A DNA stretch of 64,000 bases. It comes from an uncultured Chthonomonadaceae bacterium (GTDB taxonomy: Bacteria; Armatimonadota; Chthonomonadetes; Chthonomonadales; Chthonomonadaceae). Made by a program: the position numbers and the translations under genes. Shown piece by piece: positions 30,533 to 39,591 of the stretch. A model generated the notes under the pieces. It was not told the DNA's origin. It ran no database searches and worked only from the letters and a program-made list of their open reading frames with translations. Within the stretch, counting starts at the first letter, position 1, and the number at the start of each line of letters is the position of its first letter. Location: NCBI GenBank assembly GCA_963835065.1, contig CAWIEK010000053.1, forward strand, positions 352,001 through 416,000. The letters are read 5' to 3'.

Positions 30533-32296
30533 ATGAGCGGAATATCCATTCAGCCAAACGAATTGCCCACAGAGCGCGGAGTGGTGCGCGAAAACTACCT
30601 CAACGAACAGCACACGATCAAATCGTGGCTGCTTACGGTTGACCACAAGCGCATTGCGATTCTGTACCTTATATCCATCACCTTTTTCTTTGTCATCGGC
30701 GGCGCGGCGGCAGGCTTGATTCGCCTTGCCCTGACCACGCCACACGACACCTGGTTCCAGTCGGAAACCTACAACAAACTGTTCACCATACACGGCGTCG
30801 TGATGATTTTCTTCTTCCTGATTCCGTCTATTCCGGCGGTTTTGGGGAACTTTCTGATACCGCTGATGATTGGGGCGCGCGACCTCGCTTTTCCACGTCT
30901 GAACCTGCTGAGTTGGTATGTCTTCATTGTTGCCGGGTTGTTCGGCGTGGCCTCCATTGTAGCGGGCGGCGTGGATACGGGCTGGACCTTCTACACGCCC
31001 TATAGCTCGATGTACAGCAACTCCAATGTCGTGCTGACGATTGCCGCCGCGTTTCTGGCGGGCTTCTCGTCCATCTTTACAGGTATAAACTTCATCGTTA
31101 CAATCCACAAAATGCGCGCGCCGGGCATGACATGGTTCCGCCTGCCGCTGTTTTGCTGGTCCCTGTACGCGACGAGCGTGATCCAGATTTTGGGAACGCC
31201 GGTTGTCGCTATTACCCTGCTGCTCGTGGTTCTGGAGCGTACCGTACACCTGGGCATTTTCGACCCGGCCAATGGCGGCGACCCGATTCTGTTCCAGCAC
31301 ATGTTCTGGTTCTACTCGCATCCCGCCGTGTACATCATGATTTTGCCCGCTTTCGGCGTTATCAGCGAATTGATGGCAGCGTTTACCCGGCGGCGCATCT
31401 TCGGCTACAGCTTCGTGGCGTTTTCCAGCATGGCGATTGCGGTATTGGGCTTTCTGGTGTGGGGCCACCACATGTTCGTGACGGGCCAGTCCATGTATTC
31501 GAGCATGGTGTTTTCCATCATCAGCTTCCTGATTGCCGTGCCGACCGCCATCAAAATCTTCAACTGGACGGCGACCATTTACAAGGGACAGGTTTCATTT
31601 ACGGCCCCCTTCTGCTACGCTTTGGGTTTCATCGGCCTGTTCACGCTGGGAGGCTTGACCGGCTTGTTCCTCGCGGCGCTGGCAACCGACGTTCACCTGA
31701 ACATGACGTACTTTGTCGTGGCGCACTTCCACTATGTCATGGTGGGCGGCGCGATCATGGCCTACATCGGCGGCATCCACTACTGGTGGCCTAAAATGAC
31801 GGGCCGCATGTATCCTGAAAACTGGGCGCGTCTTTCCGCCGCGATTACGTTTGTCGGCTTCAACCTGACGTTCTTCCCGCAGTTCATCGTGGGCTATATG
31901 GGCATGCCGCGCCGGTACCACTACTACGCGCCGGAATTTCAGGTATGGCAGGTGCTGTCCAGCGCAGGCTCTTCGGTGTTGGGATTCGGCTACATCCTGC
32001 CTGTCTTCTATCTGCTCTGGTCGCTGAAATACGGCGCGATTGCCGGTCCGAACCCCTGGGGCGCGAAGGGCTTAGAGTGGGAGATTCCCTCCCCGCCGCC
32101 CTCCTACAACTTCGACGAGACGCCCATTGTCACGCACGAAGCGTATGCCTACGATGAGGACATGGAGGATCAGGCGCGGCAGGATCGCGACATCATGCCC
32201 GGCACAGGCCATGCCCGCGAAGAAGAAGCGTACAACGACGAACACTTGAGCAGCAACCCGGCCCAGAGTTCGGGACGCAGCAGCGAGGAACTGTAA
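30533..32296 (+). CDS. coxA: Cytochrome c oxidase subunit I, A2 type
   Basis: [21 protein letters not shown] (YS motif of A2), [19 protein letters not shown]. Confidence 0.98.
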   Translation: MSGISIQPNELPTERGVVRENYLNEQHTIKSWLLTVDHKRIAILYLISITFFFVIGGAAAGLIRLALTTPHDTWFQSETYNKLFTIHGVVMIFFFLIPSIPAVLGNFLIPLMIGARDLAFPRLNLLSWYVFIVAGLFGVASIVAGGVDTGWTFYTPYSSMYSNSNVVLTIAAAFLAGFSSIFTGINFIVTIHKMRAPGMTWFRLPLFCWSLYATSVIQILGTPVVAITLLLVVLERTVHLGIFDPANGGDPILFQHMFWFYSHPAVYIMILPAFGVISELMAAFTRRRIFGYSFVAFSSMAIAVLGFLVWGHHMFVTGQSMYSSMVFSIISFLIAVPTAIKIFNWTATIYKGQVSFTAPFCYALGFIGLFTLGGLTGLFLAALATDVHLNMTYFVVAHFHYVMVGGAIMAYIGGIHYWWPKMTGRMYPENWARLSAAITFVGFNLTFFPQFIVGYMGMPRRYHYYAPEFQVWQVLSSAGSSVLGFGYILPVFYLLWSLKYGAIAGPNPWGAKGLEWEIPSPPPSYNFDETPIVTHEAYAYDEDMEDQARQDRDIMPGTGHAREEEAYNDEHLSSNPAQSSGRSSEEL

Positions 32297-33154
32297 ATGA
32301 GTGTTGAGGTCGAACATCAGCAATACGCGCATCAGCATGTCTCGCACCAGTTCGAGGACATCGAGCAGCAGAACGAAGCCTACATCGTCGGCATGTGGAC
32401 GTTCCTTGTCACCGAAATCATGTTCTTCGGAGCGTTATTTCTCGCGCTGACGATCTACCGTTCCATCCACGTCGCGGACTTCAACGACGCCCACAAGCAC
32501 CTCAACGTGTTTTACGGGGGCTTCAACACGGTTGTCCTGCTGACAAGCAGTTTCTCAATGGTGCTGGCCGTGCGCAGCGCGATGCTGGCAAGCCGCCGGG
32601 GAACGCTGTTCTTCCTGGGACTGACATTAATCGGCGCGTTCATCTTTTTGGGCGTAAAAACCATTGAGTACAAGGAAAAGTGGGACCTGCACTTGATTCC
32701 CGGCCCTACCTTCCATTATGAGTCGGTGGGCGCGGAGAACAATGGCGAGTCATCGGCGGAAGCCCGCCAGCGCACATCTCTAGGCGCAGGTCCCGGCCAG
32801 TACCACGAACGCGGCCCGATTGTCCGTTCGGGTGGCGACTTGTCTAACTCGTCGGTAAGTTCGGAAACCGGCGCGAACACCGGCGCGAATAATGCCGAGA
32901 CCAACAAAAAAGGACTGGCGGAAGACGGCAAGCAGTTGTTCTTTTGCCTGTACTTCATCATGACCGGCCTTCACGCCATTCACATCATCCTGGGTATTCT
33001 GGTGATGGGCGCGTTATGGGTCATGTACGTGTTCCGGCATCCCGCCGTCGAAGACTACATGACGCTGGAAATGACAGGGCTATACTGGCACTTCGTAGAT
33101 ATCGTCTGGATATTCCTGTTCCCCATCCTTTATCTCGTGGGAGGACACCCGTAA
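32297..33154 (+). CDS. coxC: Cytochrome c oxidase subunit III
   Basis: GMWTFLVTEIMFFG, NTVVLLTSS, TGLHAIH, GLYWHFVD. Confidence 0.95.
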   Translation: MSVEVEHQQYAHQHVSHQFEDIEQQNEAYIVGMWTFLVTEIMFFGALFLALTIYRSIHVADFNDAHKHLNVFYGGFNTVVLLTSSFSMVLAVRSAMLASRRGTLFFLGLTLIGAFIFLGVKTIEYKEKWDLHLIPGPTFHYESVGAENNGESSAEARQRTSLGAGPGQYHERGPIVRSGGDLSNSSVSSETGANTGANNAETNKKGLAEDGKQLFFCLYFIMTGLHAIHIILGILVMGALWVMYVFRHPAVEDYMTLEMTGLYWHFVDIVWIFLFPILYLVGGHP

Positions 33155-33155
33155 C

Positions 33156-33512
33156 ATGGCAGCACATACCGAACATAACGAACATCATAACGAAGATTCG
33201 CACGATCTGTCGCACCACATCCGACCGATTAAAGAATACGCGATTGTTTACGGCGTCTTGATGGTACTCATGGCCGCAACTATTGCGGTGTCCTACGTGA
33301 AATTCCCCATAGAAGCCATAAACGTCATCGTCGCGCTTGTGATCGCCATCATTAAAGCCGTGCTTGTCGTCCTATTCTTCATGGGCGTGAAACACGGGAC
33401 GCGCCTGACCTGGGTATGGGCCAGTCTGGGCTTCATCTGGTTCCTGCTGATGTTCGGCACGTTGGGCGATTACGTCACGCGCAACTGGATTCAACTGCCC
33501 TCCGGCTGGTAG
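33156..33512 (+). CDS. coxD: Cytochrome c oxidase subunit IV family protein
   Basis: Three TM helices, IAIIKAVLVVLFFM. Confidence 0.9.
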   Translation: MAAHTEHNEHHNEDSHDLSHHIRPIKEYAIVYGVLMVLMAATIAVSYVKFPIEAINVIVALVIAIIKAVLVVLFFMGVKHGTRLTWVWASLGFIWFLLMFGTLGDYVTRNWIQLPSGW

Positions 33513-33517
33513 TTCCG

Positions 33518-33772
33518 GGAAGAAAAGGAGAAAAGGAGAAAAGGAGACAGAAACCGCGAAACACGCGAACCAAGACGAAAGAGGAAAATCCAAAAGAACA
33601 AACCACAGATTAAAACGGATGAAACGGATAAGAACATCGAAAGCCAGCCCGGTCTTGTTGTTCATCCTGTTTAATCCTGAAAATCCTTTTAATCCTGTCT
33701 ATTTTCCTTTTGTTCTTTTTTCGTTTATTTCGCGTGTTTCGCGGTTCCCTTCTCCTTTTCTCCTTTTCTTCC
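33518..33772. repeat. Nested inverted-repeat element of the AACCGCGAAA family
   Basis: GGAAGAAAAGGAGAAAAGGAGAA...AACCGCGAAACACGCGAA and ...TTCGCGTGTTTCGCGGTT...TTCTCCTTTTCTCCTTTTCTTCC, between convergent genes. Confidence 0.85.
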
Positions 33773-33774
33773 TC

Positions 33775-34506
33775 TCACCAGTACAGCCAGTTGTGGGTGG
33801 TGAGGACGTAGAGGCCGAGTACGAAGTTGGTGGTGGCGTGGGCGATGAGGCAGGCGAAGAGGCTGCGGGTTTGGCGCAGGAGCAGGCCATACGCGACGGC
33901 GCAGATCAGGGCGGCAAGCCATTCCGGGTGCGCGAGGGCGAAGGCGGCGGCAACGGCGGCAAACGCGCCCCACGAAAAGGCGTACGGCGGAATGGATTGG
34001 AATTTTTCGGTTGTGATGTAGCGGATCAAGAAGGAGCGCCAGAACAGTTCCTCCATGATGGGAACCATGACAGCCAATCCGAACAGGCGAAACGCGAGGA
34101 ATAAAGCGCGTTGTGGTTCGCTTAACGCCAAAGGATCGAAGGCGACGCGCTTGCCCATTGCCAGATGCGGCGTATATGGGTCAATGAGGATCCATTCGGC
34201 AAACACGAACACGCCGACGAGAACAGCGGGCAATAGGACGCGCCATTCAAACAGGTAATCCCGCAGGGTTTTGCGAAACACGACCAGACTCAGGCTAACG
34301 ACCAATACTTTTAGAATGTAAATCCACACGTAGTTGTTTTTGTTGCCGCCCTCCAGCATGGATAGTCCGGTGAATAACAGCATCGGAACCACGTAGCCAA
34401 CCCATGACGCCCCTGGCAAGAAGGCTGACACCGGTTCCGGCAAAACCTCTCCCATTTCGGCGTCAAGCGGCGCTCCTGCGGAATTCGTTTGTTTTACTTC
34501 ACTCAT
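33775..34506 (-). CDS. CAAX prenyl protease-related (CPBP family) protein of the type associated with PEP-CTERM/exosortase systems
   Basis: VPIMEELFWRSFL, FALAH, AHATTN, C-terminal WLYW. Confidence 0.88.
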   Translation of the reverse strand: MSEVKQTNSAGAPLDAEMGEVLPEPVSAFLPGASWVGYVVPMLLFTGLSMLEGGNKNNYVWIYILKVLVVSLSLVVFRKTLRDYLFEWRVLLPAVLVGVFVFAEWILIDPYTPHLAMGKRVAFDPLALSEPQRALFLAFRLFGLAVMVPIMEELFWRSFLIRYITTEKFQSIPPYAFSWGAFAAVAAAFALAHPEWLAALICAVAYGLLLRQTRSLFACLIAHATTNFVLGLYVLTTHNWLYW

Positions 34507-34735
34507 GCGTTGGCTCCGTAGGTTCAACCAGTTTGCGATATACAAACTGATCTTTGATTTTACGGTCAAAGAACGCGCCTTTGGACTCGGCGTTCATCAG
34601 TTCCAGATAGATACCGGCGGGAACGCCCAAATAAAGATAAATGCCGCCATCCCTGAAACTTATCTCCAAGTCCCCTTTTTTCGTGTCGTACCCGACCGTA
34701 AAAATCACCGACGACTCCACAATCAATCGCTCCAT
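34499..34735 (-). CDS. KTSC domain protein
   Basis: VESSVI..VGYD...LEISFRDGGIYLY.GVP..Y..LMNAESKG.FF. Confidence 0.9.
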   Translation of the reverse strand: MERLIVESSVIFTVGYDTKKGDLEISFRDGGIYLYLGVPAGIYLELMNAESKGAFFDRKIKDQFVYRKLVEPTEPTHE

Positions 34736-34770
34736 CCCTGCTCCCTCTGCTTGATGTTAGTTCCGGGTTC

Positions 34771-34807
34771 CTGAACACCCGAACACCTGAACACCTGAAC
34801 ACCTGAA
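34771..34807 (+). repeat. Octamer tandem repeat (CTGAACAC)x4
   Basis: Read directly. Confidence 0.85.
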
Positions 34808-34840
34808 TTGCCGACACGACAGTATACCCAATTAGATGCG

Positions 34841-34869
34841 GGAACAGAGATTTGCCGCGTCCCGTCTAT
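34841..34869 (+). promoter_or_regulatory. ECF-type promoter candidate GGAAC-N18-GTCTAT upstream of dps
   Basis: Same motif as 194, 3168 and the duplicated element. Confidence 0.45.
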
Positions 34870-35014
34870 TTACCGGACGCCCCCACGTCATCAAAGATTG
34901 CAGCCGCAGACAACTGCGGCTGCAATACTGTCAAGTACATGATGCAGATTTTTGCCTACCCATTGAACTTTGCGCATCACAAGTAAACACCATTGAAGTA
35001 CGAAGGAGATCGAA

Positions 35015-35644
35015 ATGCCGACCGCTTATCAGCGCGTGAAAGACGTGCTGCCCAATCCGATTGGATACAAACAGGAAGATGCCGAAAAGATCGTCAAAGC
35101 GTTCAACGAGCATCTGAGTATGACTTATGTGCTGTATTTTCAGGTGAAGAAGCATCACTGGCTGGTGCGCGGCCCGCAGTGGCACGACATTCATTTGCTG
35201 CTGGACGAAGTGGCTGCGGAACTGCTGGAGCAGGCCGATTTCTTTGCCGAGCGAATCACCTATTTCGGCGGCATCCCCATTTCCACCATGCGTGAATTTG
35301 AAAGCGTTTCGCCCATCAAGCCGGAAGGCGATGACCTATTCGACTTGAAGGAAATGCTTGCCAATGATATTGTCGGCACAGTGACGAGTTTGCACAAGCT
35401 GCGCGAAACGCACGAACTGACCGATGAAATCAAAGACGTGTTCGACGCCAGCCAGATTGAGAACTACATCGGCCAGCGCGAAAAGTTCTGCCACGAACTG
35501 CACTTCTACATCGAGCCGGATCAATTGGCCGCCGACACCAAAGACCCGCACAAGGACGTGCTATTGCAGGAACCCCAACTTGCGCAAAAGATCGCGTCTA
35601 ACGGCAGCAACGAAGTGAGAGAGCCTGCCGGAGCCGGTAAGTAA
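35015..35644 (+). CDS. dps: Dps family ferritin-like DNA protection protein
   Basis: KKHHWLVRGPQWHDIHLLLDE, DFFAERI..GG.P; AAGGAG SD. Confidence 0.92.
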   Translation: MPTAYQRVKDVLPNPIGYKQEDAEKIVKAFNEHLSMTYVLYFQVKKHHWLVRGPQWHDIHLLLDEVAAELLEQADFFAERITYFGGIPISTMREFESVSPIKPEGDDLFDLKEMLANDIVGTVTSLHKLRETHELTDEIKDVFDASQIENYIGQREKFCHELHFYIEPDQLAADTKDPHKDVLLQEPQLAQKIASNGSNEVREPAGAGK

Positions 35645-35728
35645 CGAAGATCATATTTCTAACTTCTCAGGTACTGCCAATCACCTAACCTGGCAGTTCT
35701 TGCGTTATGAGACTATCGGTATATAATT

Positions 35729-35759
35729 CAACGCCGCACAACAAAATTGTGCGGCGTTG
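35729..35759. terminator. Stem-loop, probable terminator after dps
   Basis: CAACGCCGCACAA / TTGTGCGGCGTTG, a 13 bp stem. Confidence 0.65.
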
Positions 35760-35949
35760 CTTATATGTGCAAATCCGTAGATTTCTGCAACAGTGTTTCT
35801 GCTAATGAAGTTTCTATCAAAAATACTTCTTGTCAAGAAGTATGAATCGTGCTATCATCCTGAATGTATGTTCTGTAGACATATTCGCTACCCATGCTGG
35901 TTTGGTTCGTTCCTGATGATATGGCTTTCAGCCATGAAAGGATGGTTGC

Positions 35950-36411
35950 ATGAAACATTCTTCTATCTTCCAATGGCTCTCCGTAATAACGTTGAGCCTC
36001 TTGCCTGTTATAACGCAGGCGGACACAGTGACAGCAACAGTCACTGTGTCTTCTCCCGCCCAAAATGCCTCCTATACTATTCCTAATGGCGCTCCGGGGG
36101 CGAATGTCACTATTTCCACGACAGGTCACAAAGTGACAATTCAAGCGGCTTATGCCTCTTACTTGAACGTGTCATGGCGATTGTGGATTACCCTCGATTC
36201 ACCCTTAAACGGTACGTGGCAATCAGACAATGCCACTGCCACGAGTGCGACAACGAATGCGGCTGGATATTGGGAACATCTAGCTGTGATGTCCTCCACG
36301 CAAGGCGTTCCTGCGGGCAGTCACACGGCTATTGGGTACAGTGAGATTGACGTTCCTGCCATTGGCAATCAAGATACGACTTCATCTCACAATTTCACTG
36401 TAACAAGGTAG
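35950..36411 (+). CDS. Small secreted Thr/Ser-rich Ig-like beta protein
   Basis: Signal peptide, VSSPAQNASY, GSHTA..., ends FTVTR. Confidence 0.7.
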   Translation: MKHSSIFQWLSVITLSLLPVITQADTVTATVTVSSPAQNASYTIPNGAPGANVTISTTGHKVTIQAAYASYLNVSWRLWITLDSPLNGTWQSDNATATSATTNAAGYWEHLAVMSSTQGVPAGSHTAIGYSEIDVPAIGNQDTTSSHNFTVTR

Positions 36412-36479
36412 TCATTCTTCAATCACTCCTGCTGCCAGTCAACTGAGTAGCAGGAGTGATAGCACTGTGGGGAAATATC

Positions 36480-37449
36480 ATGTCTTGCCGAATTTGTTAC
36501 ACAGTCTGGATGCTAATGTTGTTTCTTACACCGATAGCAAGGAGCGCACCGATCACGCAGGAAATGCGGCAGGCAGATAAGCGTTTGGAAACCCTCATTA
36601 CTCTTGCTGCCCCACGTATTTACTTGGGCGAACTCTTGGAACAGGTTTCCGCACAGAGTCACGTAAGCATAACTACATCACTCCGTGAGCCGATGTCGGG
36701 CGCGCGGCTTACAATTTCATTTCGCCGTATGCCCCTTGCAGATGTGCTGAACGGCCTGTACTCTCTTCTCAGTTTTCGGGATGCGGAATGGCGTTGGGAG
36801 CGTACCGGGAAACCGGACACGAGCGACAACTATACCTACCATTTTATAATTACAGAAGCCGCGCGTTCCCTGCCTGACCGCCTGCGCCAGAAAGCGCAGG
36901 CGGCCTTTGAGCATGAGGCCATGTCCTTGCTCGGCGCGGTGAAGATGACGCAGCAGGAACGTGATGCTCTAGGGCGCAAGGAACCGGAAACAGGACAACT
37001 ACTAACCGAGCCGCGCACAATGGAGGGATTAAATGCCATTTCCGAATCCGTGCCGGCGGAACACCTGCCGCAGCTATTAAGTGGCAAAGAGCAAGTTCGC
37101 GTTCCTTTTGACAAACTATCGGCAAGGGCGCAGGAGTACGTTCGCTCCGAGTTTGCAGCATCCCAATCCACAAGCCCATTTCCTACATTTGTTATATTTC
37201 ATATGGATCGCCCGGATAGATTTCAGGCTGCCGGCTTGTTTATGGAAATTGAACACATCGGCGGCAATGCTCAAAGGTGTGAACGGCATGCCGCCTGTTG
37301 AGGGTGACATCAGCCAAGTACGCTTACGCCTGCTGACGAAAACAAAACCGGAGTACCCAAACAAACGGTTCGTAGAATTTCACATGACACGCGAAGACGG
37401 GCAGTTTATGGGCGGCTACGGGTTTGCTTACGAGCCTCGGAAAGGCTGA
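36480..37449 (+). CDS. Secreted hypothetical protein with an STN/secretin-N-like domain; reading frame breaks near 37262
   Basis: DKRLETLITL...LGELLEQVS...PLADVL; a protein-like continuation lies in another frame to 37449. Confidence 0.6.
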
Positions 37450-37579
37450 GATAGCCGCGCAGGTTTCGCGTTCTGACGCCACCGACAAACAGCCTTTGCC
37501 AACAGACAAGTAATTTCTTTGGGTAAGCAGGTCAGTATGGTATACTCTATTTCACAAAGCGGAGAGGAGGAACCTGACG

Positions 37580-37858
37580 ATGGCAGTCAAAAAACACGAC
37601 ACGATGACATTGGAAGAGTTTGACAGGCGACTTGAGCAGAACAATGCGCGGCTACAGCAAGAATTGGTCGAAGCGCAGGACCGGGTTGCTAAATTGGAAG
37701 CGCTGATTGCGCGTAAACAAGCGTTCTCCCAACGCCTGACTCAAATATTGACCGAAATTGAGCGCGAAGAAAATGAGATTGCCACAATGGAAAAAGGAGT
37801 GCGCCCTCCACGCAAGACCAGTCGCCAACGCGCTGCTGCCACACAATCCCCGCTATGA
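37580..37858 (+). CDS. Small coiled-coil protein
   Basis: GAGGAGG SD, upstream TGGTATACT, heptad-rich, ATGA overlap with the HNH gene. Confidence 0.75.
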   Translation: MAVKKHDTMTLEEFDRRLEQNNARLQQELVEAQDRVAKLEALIARKQAFSQRLTQILTEIEREENEIATMEKGVRPPRKTSRQRAAATQSPL

Positions 37859-38331
37859 TTTCTGCTCATCTGCGTCGAACCGTCCGCGCTCTTTATGCGT
37901 TCGCCTGCGGGTATTGTGGGATAACGGAAACTGAAGCCGGTTCGCAATTGACTATAGACCATTATCAGCCTAAAGATGCAGGCGGCTCAGATGACATCGC
38001 CAATCTGGTGTATGCCTGCCATGCGTGTAACCTGCTCAAGTCTGCCGCATGGAACCCTCTCAATGCCCCTGTATTGCACCCGCTTCGCTCCGATATGAAC
38101 GACCACATCCGCCTGCTTCCTGACAGCATATTGCAAGGGTTGACGCCGGAAGGGACACGCCATATAGAAACGCTTCATCTCAATCGCGTTCCATTGGTGG
38201 CACATCGCAAGATTCGCCGGGTCATGGAAGCAATCTTCGAGCGAGAAGAGCGCCTTCGCGCGCAAGATACACTGGAAGATCAAGAAATCCACAAAAAACA
38301 AAGAATGATCCGCAGAAGCAGACGGCGATAG
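37855..38331 (+). CDS. HNH endonuclease
   Basis: CGYCG...TIDHYQP...NLVYACHACN. Confidence 0.9.
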   Translation: MISAHLRRTVRALYAFACGYCGITETEAGSQLTIDHYQPKDAGGSDDIANLVYACHACNLLKSAAWNPLNAPVLHPLRSDMNDHIRLLPDSILQGLTPEGTRHIETLHLNRVPLVAHRKIRRVMEAIFEREERLRAQDTLEDQEIHKKQRMIRRSRRR

Positions 38332-38478
38332 CCGTAAAATAGAGGGGCAAGCGGCGCGAATGGCGCTTTTCGGCAACATTCGCGCACTTTTTACGTTTGG
38401 AACGTTGGCGAGACAGGTATTTATCCGATAAATGGCGAATTTACGGGTACACCAGCGTTATCAAAGGAGAAGAACTCA

Positions 38479-39123
38479 ATGCCTGAACCACCCATGTACC
38501 ACCCGCAACTGCCCGCTTATCTGGAAAGCCTTGTACCGCCCCGCGATCCGATCATGGAGGAAATGGAAGCGTATGCCCGTGAAGTGGGCTTTCCTATCAT
38601 CGGCATACCCGGCGGCTATTTCTTGTACCAGATTGCCCGGATGCTGAAAGCCACGCAGATTTTCGAACTCGGCTCCGGGTATGGCTACTCGACGGCATGG
38701 TTCGCCAAAGCGGTCAAAGAAAACGGCGGCGGAACCGTGCATCATGTGGTTTGGGACGAGGAGTTGTCTTCTAAAGCGCGGGGCTATCTTGGACGGCTTG
38801 GCTTTGACGACATTGTACAGTACCACGTTGGCGAGGCGACCGAAGCCTTGAAGCAGACTGGTGGAACCTACGACATTCTGTTCAACGACATTGACAAGCA
38901 CATGTACCCCGCTTCCATGCCCATCATCAAGCAAACGCTGCGCTCCGGCGGCGTTCTCGTCATTGACAACATGCTGTGGCACGGCGCGATTTTCGACCCG
39001 AACAACCACACTCCCGACAACGAAGGCGTTCTGGAAGTGACCAAAATGCTGACAACCGACCCGGAGTTCATTTCAACCCTGATTCCCCTGCGCGACGGCA
39101 TGATTGTGGCCTACCGCAAGTAG
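38479..39123 (+). CDS. SAM-dependent O-methyltransferase (YrrM/COMT-like)
   Basis: FELGSGYGYS, DILFNDIDK, GGVLVIDNMLWHG. Confidence 0.92.
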   Translation: MPEPPMYHPQLPAYLESLVPPRDPIMEEMEAYAREVGFPIIGIPGGYFLYQIARMLKATQIFELGSGYGYSTAWFAKAVKENGGGTVHHVVWDEELSSKARGYLGRLGFDDIVQYHVGEATEALKQTGGTYDILFNDIDKHMYPASMPIIKQTLRSGGVLVIDNMLWHGAIFDPNNHTPDNEGVLEVTKMLTTDPEFISTLIPLRDGMIVAYRK

Positions 39124-39455
39124 CGCTTGCATTGACGCCGCCCTGCTTGAAACCGTTGTTCATAAATTTACAGGCGTTCACACATTCGCCTGCGCGAAAA
39201 GACAGCACAACATCCGAAACCTGTGGTATAATGCGTTTACATGGAGAAAACGCGCTTTTTTACTGTCGCGTTGTTGCCGTGCAGGAATTCGCGCCCCGTT
39301 GCCGAATTCTTTCCTTAGAGGAACCCATCGCCGCCTGCTTATACGGCTGCGCTCGCCATTCTTCCTCCCCCCGTGCCGTCAACCTGGCCCCGGCCTGATC
39401 GCGCCTGCCCCCGCTCGCCCGCTCCCGCCGCGCCCATGTGAAGACTGTCGCAGGA

Positions 39456-39573
39456 AGGCATCAGGCATTAGGCATTAGGCATTAGGAAATCCGCTGTCCA
39501 TAAGATTGCTCAATCCTCAGTACATCTCATGCAGTTCTTTCCTAATGCCTAATGCCTAATGCCTGATACCTGA
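39456..39573. repeat. Heptamer-arm inverted element (AGGCATT)n, sister of 24479 in opposite orientation
   Basis: Read directly. Confidence 0.9.
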
Positions 39574-39591
39574 CATGCGCAGGGTGGAACC

